DNA of 32,000 nt from Planctopirus limnophila DSM 3776. GTDB lineage: Bacteria > Planctomycetota > Planctomycetia > Planctomycetales > Planctomycetaceae. A model generated the notes under the pieces. It was not told where the DNA came from. It ran no database searches and worked only from the letters and a program-made list of their open reading frames with translations. The position numbers and the translations under genes are program-made. The stretch covers positions 3,660,001 through 3,692,000 of the forward strand of contig NC_014148.1 of the NCBI RefSeq assembly GCF_000092105.1, in the 5' to 3' direction. This document shows, piece by piece, positions 8,140 to 16,515 of the stretch (positions within the stretch are counted from its first letter, which is position 1; each line of letters opens with the position of its first letter).

Positions 8140-9203
8140 TATCGCTGATAGATCGGTAGATAGCCGTTTTCGATCAGCAGGATCGTGCAGTTCATGGCGG
8201 TGGTGTAGACCGGGCCGACGTGGCCTTCTTTCCAGGCACCGTTGGCGGATTGCTTTCGCATGATCTCTTTGGCAATCTCGGGAAAGTATTTATTCCACTT
8301 CTCATCGCCCAGTCGATATTGCACCTGGGCATAATAGTAGTGTGTGTAGTGCCAGTGGCCGAAGAACTGGGATTGATTTCCTGTGCCGACAATCGACTTC
8401 TCGCAGTATTTCAATAACTTTTGAGCCAGGGCATCGTCATTGGCCTCGCCGGAGTTAAACAGGCAGGCAATGGCGGCGGCTGTAATGGGCGGCCTCGACC
8501 CTCCCCCTCGAATACTATATTGCACACCACCATCAGCCGCAGTGCATTTATTGATGTATTCGACCGCTCGATCGACGACTTCTTTAGGAACGGGAATCCC
8601 CGAGTTGCGACAGGCTCTTAAGCCCTGGACTTGCGTCACGCAGGTTGAGCCTTCATCAAAATCGTTGCCATCCTTCGCTGAAACATAACCCCAGCCTCCA
8701 GCGGCCGTCTGGGCTTCGCCGCAAAACTGCACGGCCTTGGTGAGAACTTCTTTGAGTCGATCCCGTCGCCTTGCATCTTCCTCTTCGCCGAAGACCTGTG
8801 AGAGGAAGAGCATGGAGAAGCCATGACCGTAGGTGTAGTGATAATCGTTCTTATAGCCGATCAAGCCATTGGGCTGTGACATCTCGAGCAGGTAGTCGAC
8901 TGCGAGACTGATGTTCTTGGAATACTTCCCGCGAGTGGTGGTACTCCCTTCGCAGAGCATGGCATTACCAGCCAGCGCCGTCATCGCCACGCGATACTGA
9001 CCGCCATTCGCTTCCCAGTAGCCTTGTCGGTGCTGTTCAGAGGCCAGCCAGTCCAATCCCTTGAGAGCACTGATGCGGACCTGGGGATCCTTCTTTTGTG
9101 CCCATGCGCAGGGACTCAATGCCATGACGATAGCCATCGCCGCACAAACCGGCAGCAAGCCCCGGCCTGCCATGTTCTGAAAGAAGTTCGCGGTCATCTT
9201 CAC
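8139..9203 (-). CDS. Secreted prenyltransferase/squalene-oxidase-repeat (terpenoid cyclase-like alpha/alpha toroid) protein
   Basis: 354 aa. Signal peptide (LLPVCAAMAIVMALSPCAWAQ). Recurring QW-like repeats (QGYWE, PNGLIGY, AAGGWGY, ADGGVQY, ANGAWKE), as in proteins usually annotated this way in Planctomycetes. Confidence 0.65.
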   Translation of the reverse strand: MKMTANFFQNMAGRGLLPVCAAMAIVMALSPCAWAQKKDPQVRISALKGLDWLASEQHRQGYWEANGGQYRVAMTALAGNAMLCEGSTTTRGKYSKNISLAVDYLLEMSQPNGLIGYKNDYHYTYGHGFSMLFLSQVFGEEEDARRRDRLKEVLTKAVQFCGEAQTAAGGWGYVSAKDGNDFDEGSTCVTQVQGLRACRNSGIPVPKEVVDRAVEYINKCTAADGGVQYSIRGGGSRPPITAAAIACLFNSGEANDDALAQKLLKYCEKSIVGTGNQSQFFGHWHYTHYYYAQVQYRLGDEKWNKYFPEIAKEIMRKQSANGAWKEGHVGPVYTTAMNCTILLIENGYLPIYQR

Positions 9204-9586
9204 TCTCCCTGCATTTGCCAGCCCAATTTCGATGTTCAGCAGGCAATGATAGATCCGTCAAAAACGTTCCTTCGACATTAACCCGCACCGGATGAGCCCG
9301 CAATTCGAGTTTCGGTCAAATGTTTCTCGAAACCTTTTGATTTCCTTCGAAAGGAGCAGCACGCCGTTTTGCTCAACCATGATGAATCGAACGCTGCCTC
9401 CTTGCGTGATGACCGATTCGGGCGAGCCATTGTGATCTGAAAGACCATGTGATTTGCAACACCAAGCGAGTTGAAAGACAAACCGGGCCTCCCTGTGATA
9501 CGCTCTTGTCGAAGGAAATCCTGGCGCTGGTAGAACATCCCACCGTATTTCTGAATTTTTTGACATCTTCCAGAGGCGACGAACGC

Positions 9587-10426
9587 ATGTTCTCAGGGAA
9601 AATCGGCTTCATTGGCTCCGGTCAAATGGCAACAGCACTCGCCAGCGGGATGCTTTCCGCAGGTCTGATACAAAAAGATCAACTCCTGGCCTGCGATGTC
9701 TCGTCGGTTTCGGCCGAGAAGTTTGCCGCAGTCACGGGTGGGCAGATCTGCCCTTCGATTGCGATGCTGACAGAGAAGGCCGATGTGATTTTTCTTTCAG
9801 TCAAACCTCAATCGATGGCGGGTGTTTTACAGACACTTTCGCAAGTCAGTACCAGCCGGGAAAAGCTGATCATCTCGATTGCAGCAGGGATTACTCTCGC
9901 CACACTGGAAGCAGGTCTCGGCGGGCCCGGTCGAATTGTGCGTGTGATGCCGAACACGCCAGCACTTGTCGGAGCTGGTGCTTCAGCCTTTGCGCTCTCC
10001 CAAGGGACACAAGCAGCATCTGCCAATCGCCCGAGTGATTCTCAGATCGTTCGTCAGCTTCTCGAAACGGTCGGTGTAGCCGAAGAAGTTCCGGAATCAC
10101 TGATGGATGCGGTAACCGGGCTTTCCGGCAGTGGACCGGCTTACGTCTATCAGATTATTGAAGCCTTGAGTGATGGTGGCGTGAGAGTCGGTTTGCCGCG
10201 AGCGACTGCAACTCGTCTGGCGGCACAAACCGTGCTGGGTGCTGCCCAGATGGTGCTTTCCACCAAAGAGCATCCCGGAGCTTTAAAAGATGCCGTCACC
10301 AGCCCCGGCGGGACAACCATCGCCGGTCTGCATGCCCTCGAATCGGGAGGATTACGGGCTGCACTCATGACGGCGGTGGTGGCTGCCACTCAACGAGCCA
10401 AAGAACTCGGCCAACCACCCCGTTAA
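9587..10426 (+). CDS. proC: Pyrroline-5-carboxylate reductase
   Basis: ORF 9449..10426. The likely start is ATG 9587, giving MFSGKIGFIGSGQMATALASGM (Rossmann GxGxxG). C-terminal signature GALKDAVTSPGGTTIAGLHALE. Confidence 0.95.
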   Translation: MFSGKIGFIGSGQMATALASGMLSAGLIQKDQLLACDVSSVSAEKFAAVTGGQICPSIAMLTEKADVIFLSVKPQSMAGVLQTLSQVSTSREKLIISIAAGITLATLEAGLGGPGRIVRVMPNTPALVGAGASAFALSQGTQAASANRPSDSQIVRQLLETVGVAEEVPESLMDAVTGLSGSGPAYVYQIIEALSDGGVRVGLPRATATRLAAQTVLGAAQMVLSTKEHPGALKDAVTSPGGTTIAGLHALESGGLRAALMTAVVAATQRAKELGQPPR

Positions 10427-10763
10427 AATCTTGTGGATCGCCGGGATTCCGGGAACGAGTCCCATCGCGAGGCTGAATTGCTGCAAACCCAGTAATATCC
10501 ATCGATTACGAACAAAATGTTCGCCACTGGTTTTTTCGGCACAACCAAGAAATCCGGAAAAATCGTCATTCTTTGGCAGGTTCTCCTCCGATACCAGACA
10601 TGACGAAGTCGGTTGCTCGGCAACTCAAAGTGCGTCATCGCGCTCAAGGTGCGGAGTCATCCCGGCTTTTCTGGGGGAAAGTCGCCGAATGGACATGTTG
10701 GCACCATCCATGGTGCTCATGGCCATGATGGGTGGCTGTGAGTCATTGTGGATGGATGGAAAC

Positions 10764-11840
10764 ATGCACCGGCTGATCACGAGTCTTTCGCTTGCCGGCT
10801 GCCTGGGCCTTTTGGCCGGTGGCTGCGCGACAGTTTCGCCGGAAGGATGTATCGATTGCACGCCATCACAGATGCACCTGCACCACGAATACACACCCTG
10901 GATTGACGATCATCTTACGCGTCACACTGCTAAGAAGTGTGCCTGCCGTCATCTGGCGGCTTATTCCTCGACCTGCAATCAGCCAGTGACGAAAGACTTC
11001 CGCCGAGGGTTTGAACAGGCCTTTGTCGATGTGGCGATGGGAGCACCTCAGGCAGTCCCTGCAGTGGCACCGTCTCGCTATTGGCAGGCCTATTACCGCT
11101 CGGGAGCCGGTCGGCCACTTGTTGAAGAATGGTTCGATGGCTACGCGACAGGTCTGGATTATGCGACACGCAGTCAGGCTGCCGACCTCAATCGTGTGGT
11201 TTCGACCGATAAGCCTTATCTGACACCGGAAGAACAGCATCATCAGGGCAACGCTCTCGATCGAAATGGATGGTCAGCACCACCTGTGATTGCGCCGCAA
11301 GCCGCTCCGATCACTTCGATGCCACATCCGATGGAACCACTGCCAGAAATGCCGCCGACTCCGGGGAATTTTCAGCCCCATCGAACGAATCAGGGACCTC
11401 AACCGCTGCCTGAAGCTCCCTCGATGAACCAGTATTCACCGCCTGTTGTACCACCGGGCTCGGCTCCTGCAGGTGCGAATTCCTGGCCACAAGGGCCAGC
11501 ACAGCCGTTTCAAGCACAGCCTTATCAGGCTCTGCCCTCGCACGCACAGCCACAACCAACATTACAGCCACCACCCGGCTATCAGCCGCCACCTGTCTAT
11601 CAGGCGCCTCCCGCTCAGCCGAACTGGGGGGCATCGCGTGAAAACCGGTATGGGCCGACTCGACCCGTTCAACAGGCAGGTTATTTTCCAGCACCGGCAC
11701 AAGGGATGAATCGAGCTGCGATCCCCATGACGGGCGGGTTTTCTGGACCAAACAGTCAACCCTCGCGTGCCGCTCAATACATTGAAATGACAACACCAGA
11801 AGCGAATGCCAGCATGTATTCCGGGAGTGTGCAGCGATGA
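10764..11840 (+). CDS. Lipoprotein with Cys-containing N-domain and long Pro/Gln-rich C-terminal region, hypothetical
   Basis: ORF 10431..11840. The best start is ATG 10764, giving MHRLITSLSLAGCLGLLAGGC (lipobox). The C-terminal ~200 aa are low complexity (QPQPTLQPPPGYQPPPVYQAPPAQP). Its stop overlaps the next gene's start (ATGA at 11837-11840). Confidence 0.65.
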   Translation: MHRLITSLSLAGCLGLLAGGCATVSPEGCIDCTPSQMHLHHEYTPWIDDHLTRHTAKKCACRHLAAYSSTCNQPVTKDFRRGFEQAFVDVAMGAPQAVPAVAPSRYWQAYYRSGAGRPLVEEWFDGYATGLDYATRSQAADLNRVVSTDKPYLTPEEQHHQGNALDRNGWSAPPVIAPQAAPITSMPHPMEPLPEMPPTPGNFQPHRTNQGPQPLPEAPSMNQYSPPVVPPGSAPAGANSWPQGPAQPFQAQPYQALPSHAQPQPTLQPPPGYQPPPVYQAPPAQPNWGASRENRYGPTRPVQQAGYFPAPAQGMNRAAIPMTGGFSGPNSQPSRAAQYIEMTTPEANASMYSGSVQR

Positions 11841-13747
11841 GTTTGTCACACACACATCTGCAGACATCCAGGCTGGCTTTACTCATGATGTTCTCATGGG
11901 TGGCAATCGTTTCGTTGGGTGGCTGTGCAGCCTTTCACCCGATGTCCGGAGTCCCGGCCCGCTACCTGCCGGATGAATTGCGAGGCCCTTCGCGAGCCGA
12001 TCAGCGCACGATTGACCTTTCGCTGTTACGTCAGCCGGTGCCCGCCGCTTATCTGCTCGACAGTGGCGATGTTCTGGGTGTCTATATTGAAGGTCTGCTG
12101 GGACGTAAAGAAGATGTCCCGCCCGTTCACTTTCCGCTGACGAACGATGTGCCACCTTCATTGGGATATCCGCTCCCTGTCCGTGAAGATGGTACGATCT
12201 CGCTCCCCGTGATTGGTGCTTTGCCTGTGCGTGGTTTAACCATCATTCAGGCCGAACAAGCCGTTCGACATGCCTATAGTTCACCGAAGCAGATCCTGCA
12301 GCCGCATCAACGGATCAGCCTGGCACTTCAACAACCACGGCTCTATCGAGTGCTGGTGATCCGCCAGGAAGCCAGCCAGCAGGCGAATGTGGCTGCGCAA
12401 GGCCAGCTCAATATCGGTGTCATCAAGCGGGGCAGCGGCAAGATTGTCGCGCTCCCTGCTTACAAGAATGATGTTCTGCATGCACTGACCGATACAGGCG
12501 GTTTACCGGGGCTCGATGCCGAAAACGCAGTCTATATCATTCGCGCCAGGCATGCTGGCCAGCATGGACAGCCCCCTTACCCAGCTACGATTCAGACGAC
12601 ACCTGTGAGTCAAAAACAGCCCTCCAGGCCCAGACTGTCTTTGAACTCAGGGCGTAACGCTCAAAATCAGCCTGTGATTCGCGGACAATCGGCTGATCCT
12701 TACGCAGATGTCAACTGGCCTGGGAACAGATCTCCACGGCAGAATCACTTCAACGGATTTTCAGATCCTGCTCTCCAGCCTAGTCGCGGCTATCCCTCGC
12801 AATCAACCAGTTCGAGCCATCCCGCGTTACCTGGTTTTTCGCAGCCCACTTCGCAGATAGCTCCCCCGAACCCTTCGGCGTATGGAAGTTCACCGGCGGC
12901 GCCATCAGCGGCTTACAATTCAGGGGGGCCGGTCATCCCTGCGCGGCACCAGACGGATCAGCTCGCGGCACCACCCGGCCCCACCTGGCGTGGAAATGAG
13001 CAGAGCCACGAGGCATTACCGTTTACAGCCAATCCCTATGGCCAGTATCTCCCACCTCAGAACTCTCCACTGGAAGCTGCACCGACTTATGGAGTTGTGA
13101 CGGGATCCCCGGTGATCCCGTGGGATGGTACTCAAAGGTTTGCCACGGGCCATCAGATGTTCGGAGCACCCACACCCGCATTTTTTGACAGCTACCAGGA
13201 AGACTCAATTCCTACGATCGACAACCCGGAGATCATTCGCATTCCGATTCGCCTCAAACCGGGCGAACAGATCGACTTCCACGAGCACGATATCACCCTC
13301 AATGATGGTGACATCATTTTCATCGAGTCCCGTGATACAGACGTCTTCTATACCGGTGGTCTATTAGGCGGTGGTCAATATACACTTCCCCGTGACTACG
13401 ATGTTGATATTCTGGGCGCCATTGCGATTGCCCAGGGACAAGGTCGCTCGCAGGGTTCATCACGACAAATCGGTGGAACGTCGGCACTCAATAATGATGT
13501 GACGATCAGTGCCTCGAATGCGATTGTGATCCGCCCCATGCCCGATGGCACGCAGGTGCCGATTCAGATCAATCTGTACCATGCACTACGCAATCCGGCA
13601 GAACGGATCATCATTCAACCGGGTGACTATATCCTACTGCAATATACCAAACTCGAAGCCTGCGGAGCCTTTATTGAACGCAATCTGCTCGAAGGCGCAT
13701 TGTTCGGTGTCGCTGCAGCACAATTAAACAGCAACAACGGTAATTAA
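11837..13747 (+). CDS. Polysaccharide export (Wza-like; Poly_export + SLBB) outer-membrane lipoprotein with a large low-complexity insertion
   Basis: 636 aa. Lipoprotein signal (WVAIVSLGGC). Poly_export-like DSGDVLGVYIEGLL...LPVREDGTISLPVIGALPVRGLTIIQAEQAVRHAY. SLBB-like C-terminus (IQINLYHALRNPAERIIIQPGDYILL). About 220 residues of P/S/Q/G-rich sequence lie between them (approx 12554-13214). Confidence 0.8.
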   Translation: MSLSHTHLQTSRLALLMMFSWVAIVSLGGCAAFHPMSGVPARYLPDELRGPSRADQRTIDLSLLRQPVPAAYLLDSGDVLGVYIEGLLGRKEDVPPVHFPLTNDVPPSLGYPLPVREDGTISLPVIGALPVRGLTIIQAEQAVRHAYSSPKQILQPHQRISLALQQPRLYRVLVIRQEASQQANVAAQGQLNIGVIKRGSGKIVALPAYKNDVLHALTDTGGLPGLDAENAVYIIRARHAGQHGQPPYPATIQTTPVSQKQPSRPRLSLNSGRNAQNQPVIRGQSADPYADVNWPGNRSPRQNHFNGFSDPALQPSRGYPSQSTSSSHPALPGFSQPTSQIAPPNPSAYGSSPAAPSAAYNSGGPVIPARHQTDQLAAPPGPTWRGNEQSHEALPFTANPYGQYLPPQNSPLEAAPTYGVVTGSPVIPWDGTQRFATGHQMFGAPTPAFFDSYQEDSIPTIDNPEIIRIPIRLKPGEQIDFHEHDITLNDGDIIFIESRDTDVFYTGGLLGGGQYTLPRDYDVDILGAIAIAQGQGRSQGSSRQIGGTSALNNDVTISASNAIVIRPMPDGTQVPIQINLYHALRNPAERIIIQPGDYILLQYTKLEACGAFIERNLLEGALFGVAAAQLNSNNGN

Positions 13748-13831
13748 TTCTCTTTACTGGTGGTCAGCGGACTATCTATAACAAAGCCGTAGTCTGTTGA
13801 TTATCCAGTCGCTGTATGGCTTTGAACTCTT

Positions 13832-14743
13832 ATGAGCAGCTTTCCGGACAATTCTGAGGAAGAAGAGAAGCCAGACGCTGGTGATGGCGCCATTGTCAAT
13901 GAACCCACCTGGGATGTCGATGATCTTGAAGCGGCTTACCGCCTGGCTCTCGAAGCGTGTGAGGCAGCTGAAGAAGCCTACTCGCAGCAGCCTATTGATG
14001 AACTGGCAGCCGGCGCAATAAATCCGATCGACCCGACTGCCGCAGTCTCTCAATCGATCCCGAATCATTTAGGTGGAGGAATTGAGCAGAGAGTATCCAC
14101 GACGGGTGAAAACCGGGTTAATGATGCTTTCGTTGACACTCATGTGGAGAAAATGGCCCAGGCGGAAATGAATCCATCTGCTGCGACTCCACCAGCAAAA
14201 GCATCGACAGCAAGCAGCCATGAGCCGACTGTCAGATCAGTCATCGAGGCCTGTCTGTTTGTGGGTGAGCCCGCTGTGACCATCGCGAGACTGCGAGAAA
14301 TTCTGCGTAACGATATCACCGATCAACGGATTGAACTCGCGATTGGTGAAGTTAAACATATGTACGATGATCAACAACGTCCTTATGAGGTGACTCATCA
14401 GGAGGGGGTTTATCGTCTTTCGTTGCGTGCGGAGTTTGAAAAACTTCGAGCGAAAACCTATGGCCAGGGGCCCAAGGAAATCAAGCTTTCGCAAGAAGCG
14501 ATTGAGGTGCTGTCGGTCGTGGCCTATCACCAGCCGATTGAAGAGCGCGAAGTCAATGAAATCTACGAAGTACCTGCAGGCCCTTACTTAAAGCAGCTTC
14601 TGCGACATGAGCTACTGGCTGTTGAACGTGATGCTGAAAATCCGAAGGTTGTGCACTATATCACAACAGCCAGATTTTTGAGCCTGTTCCAGCTCCGCCG
14701 ACTTGCGGATCTACCACGCATCGAAACATTCTCGCTGAAGTAA
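13832..14743 (+). CDS. scpB: Segregation and condensation protein B with a ~130-aa acidic N-terminal extension
   Basis: 303 aa. ScpB core from about residue 134 (VIEACLFVGEPAVTIARLREIL...; LSQEAIEVLSVVAYHQPIEEREVNEIYEVPAGPYLKQLLRHELL). No scpA or smc gene is adjacent. Confidence 0.85.
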   Translation: MSSFPDNSEEEEKPDAGDGAIVNEPTWDVDDLEAAYRLALEACEAAEEAYSQQPIDELAAGAINPIDPTAAVSQSIPNHLGGGIEQRVSTTGENRVNDAFVDTHVEKMAQAEMNPSAATPPAKASTASSHEPTVRSVIEACLFVGEPAVTIARLREILRNDITDQRIELAIGEVKHMYDDQQRPYEVTHQEGVYRLSLRAEFEKLRAKTYGQGPKEIKLSQEAIEVLSVVAYHQPIEEREVNEIYEVPAGPYLKQLLRHELLAVERDAENPKVVHYITTARFLSLFQLRRLADLPRIETFSLK

Positions 14744-14784
14744 GCCTGGTGATCCTCCCCAGAAGTCGATGCGGAACATGCGGC

Positions 14785-16377
14785 TCAAGACGCTAGACTG
14801 GCACTCTCCAGTGGGCCAGGTGTGAGTTCTGCCGCTGTGTTTTCTAAACGATCTTTTTGGGTAGATGACAAAGAGAAGGCTCTCTGGTCTTTGTTCGCCT
14901 CCCACAAAGATCCACCCAGAACCCAAAGAAAGCCACAGATCCAAAGCACCTGCAGGGCCGCAATCATATAAAACTGAAACATCAAGGCCATCCAGCCGCA
15001 GCCGATGAGGTAGATAATGACTAGTGCATCCAGCCAGAAATACCATGGAATCTTGATGCGGCGACGTTTTGCCTGTGTTGCGCCTGTGCTGGAAAACCCT
15101 TTGGGAGTGACGACCCAGACATTCTTCTTAACGAAAAAAGCCTCAAAAGCAGAGACCGTATGCTGACACGATAGTCCGGAATGCAGCACCATCAGCATGC
15201 TTCCCAAAGGAATGATACCCAATATCTTTTGCCAACGACTGCCTTCACCAAAACGGATTCTTCCGGTGCCGTAAACTAGAAACAGGACGGGAATGAGTGC
15301 TACCCCCAGTAGTGTCGATGCCAACCAATAGCGAGTTTCCGGGTACCACGTCACAATCAGCGGCACAGCCCCTGCGAGAATAATATTCGCAAATGTTACT
15401 GCGGACATCAGAGGGCCAAACAGGTGTGTCGTGGCATGTAGCTTCTTGATAAGCGGGTAATCACTTTGCCAGACCTGGCGAATATACTTAATAGCGATCT
15501 GCAGATTTCCCTTCCACCAGCGGAAGAGTTGCAGCCTGAGGGCGATCATTGAATCGGGTAACTCACCTGGTGTCGTGTAGTCTTCGAGATAGACAATCTT
15601 TTTTCCGCGCAACTGGGCTCGATAACTCATATCCACGTCTTCAATGGCGGCCGTTGTCATCCAGCCGCCGCAATCGACGATGACCTGTTTTCGCCAGATG
15701 CCAGCGGATCCATTATAGATCAAAAACAGATCGCTATCGCCTCGCCCTCTCTGCTCGACCGAAAGATGTCCATCCAGAAAGAATTGCTGAACTCGAGTCA
15801 CAATTGACGAGTCAGGATTCAGGTGTCCCCATCGACTTTGAACGATAGCAATTTCTTCGTTCTGGAAGTAGCGGATGGTCTGCTGAAGATAGTCTGGTTT
15901 CGGTACAAAATCAGCATCGAAAATGGCCATGAACTCACCTGTCGCCCAGGTGGTCCCTTCATCCAGATTTCCGGCTTTGTAACCTGTACGATCGATGCGA
16001 TGTCGATACTGGATGTTCAGGCTGGGATCTCGCTGTTGAATCTCGGCGACTTTGTCGACGAGAATTTTCGAGCAGTCATCTGTCGAGTCATCAAGCACCT
16101 GAATCTGTAAGAGATTATGAGGATAGTCAATTCGTGAAGCGGCTTCGAGGAGTCGATGAACGACGGGAGACTCATTGTAAATGGGGAGTTGTATGGTCAC
16201 TCGCGGTAGTGACTCAGGAAGGGGTGGTACCTCGCGCTGGCGATCTTTGCGAAGTACCGAGAGCCAGTAGCGACGGTACAGGTCGAGTTGCGCGATTGTC
16301 ATCACAAATGTGAGCAACGTGACAGCAATCAACCCGGCAACAATTAACCAGACCATTGCGGTCTCCCTGCATCCCAT
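14785..16377 (-). CDS. Processive family-2 glycosyltransferase (cellulose-synthase-like/CslA-like membrane synthase)
   Basis: 530 aa. N-terminal TM helix, VLDDSTDD, FDADF, GSAGIWR, EDVDMSYR and the QxxRW motif (QLFRW), followed by several C-terminal TM helices. An alternative start is ATG 16356. Confidence 0.9.
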   Translation of the reverse strand: MGCRETAMVWLIVAGLIAVTLLTFVMTIAQLDLYRRYWLSVLRKDRQREVPPLPESLPRVTIQLPIYNESPVVHRLLEAASRIDYPHNLLQIQVLDDSTDDCSKILVDKVAEIQQRDPSLNIQYRHRIDRTGYKAGNLDEGTTWATGEFMAIFDADFVPKPDYLQQTIRYFQNEEIAIVQSRWGHLNPDSSIVTRVQQFFLDGHLSVEQRGRGDSDLFLIYNGSAGIWRKQVIVDCGGWMTTAAIEDVDMSYRAQLRGKKIVYLEDYTTPGELPDSMIALRLQLFRWWKGNLQIAIKYIRQVWQSDYPLIKKLHATTHLFGPLMSAVTFANIILAGAVPLIVTWYPETRYWLASTLLGVALIPVLFLVYGTGRIRFGEGSRWQKILGIIPLGSMLMVLHSGLSCQHTVSAFEAFFVKKNVWVVTPKGFSSTGATQAKRRRIKIPWYFWLDALVIIYLIGCGWMALMFQFYMIAALQVLWICGFLWVLGGSLWEANKDQRAFSLSSTQKDRLENTAAELTPGPLESASLAS

Positions 16378-16515
16378 TCTCGAAGTAGAACTGGATTCAC
16401 TTAAGAGATTTCTTGAAGTTCAATGACTGGACGATCCTTTAAGTGAATCGTCCGTGTGAAACAGACCATTATCAATCAGAGTCTTGACGACCTGGCTCTA
16501 TCGAGAACCGGGTCA

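Noticed and set aside
11311-11886. A 191-aa minus-strand ORF opposite the Pro/Gln-rich tail of the lipoprotein gene.
   Set aside because: The complement of CCN/CAG-rich coding sequence is naturally stop-poor. The product is low complexity with no signal or motif.
16394-16453. Inverted repeats between the DUF1559 gene and the GT2 gene: GATTCACTTAA...TTAAGTGAATC, and the overlapping GGACGAT-11nt-ATCGTCC.
   Set aside because: These are two mutually exclusive modest hairpins with no U-tract. They might be an attenuator or terminator, but the evidence is too thin to call a feature.
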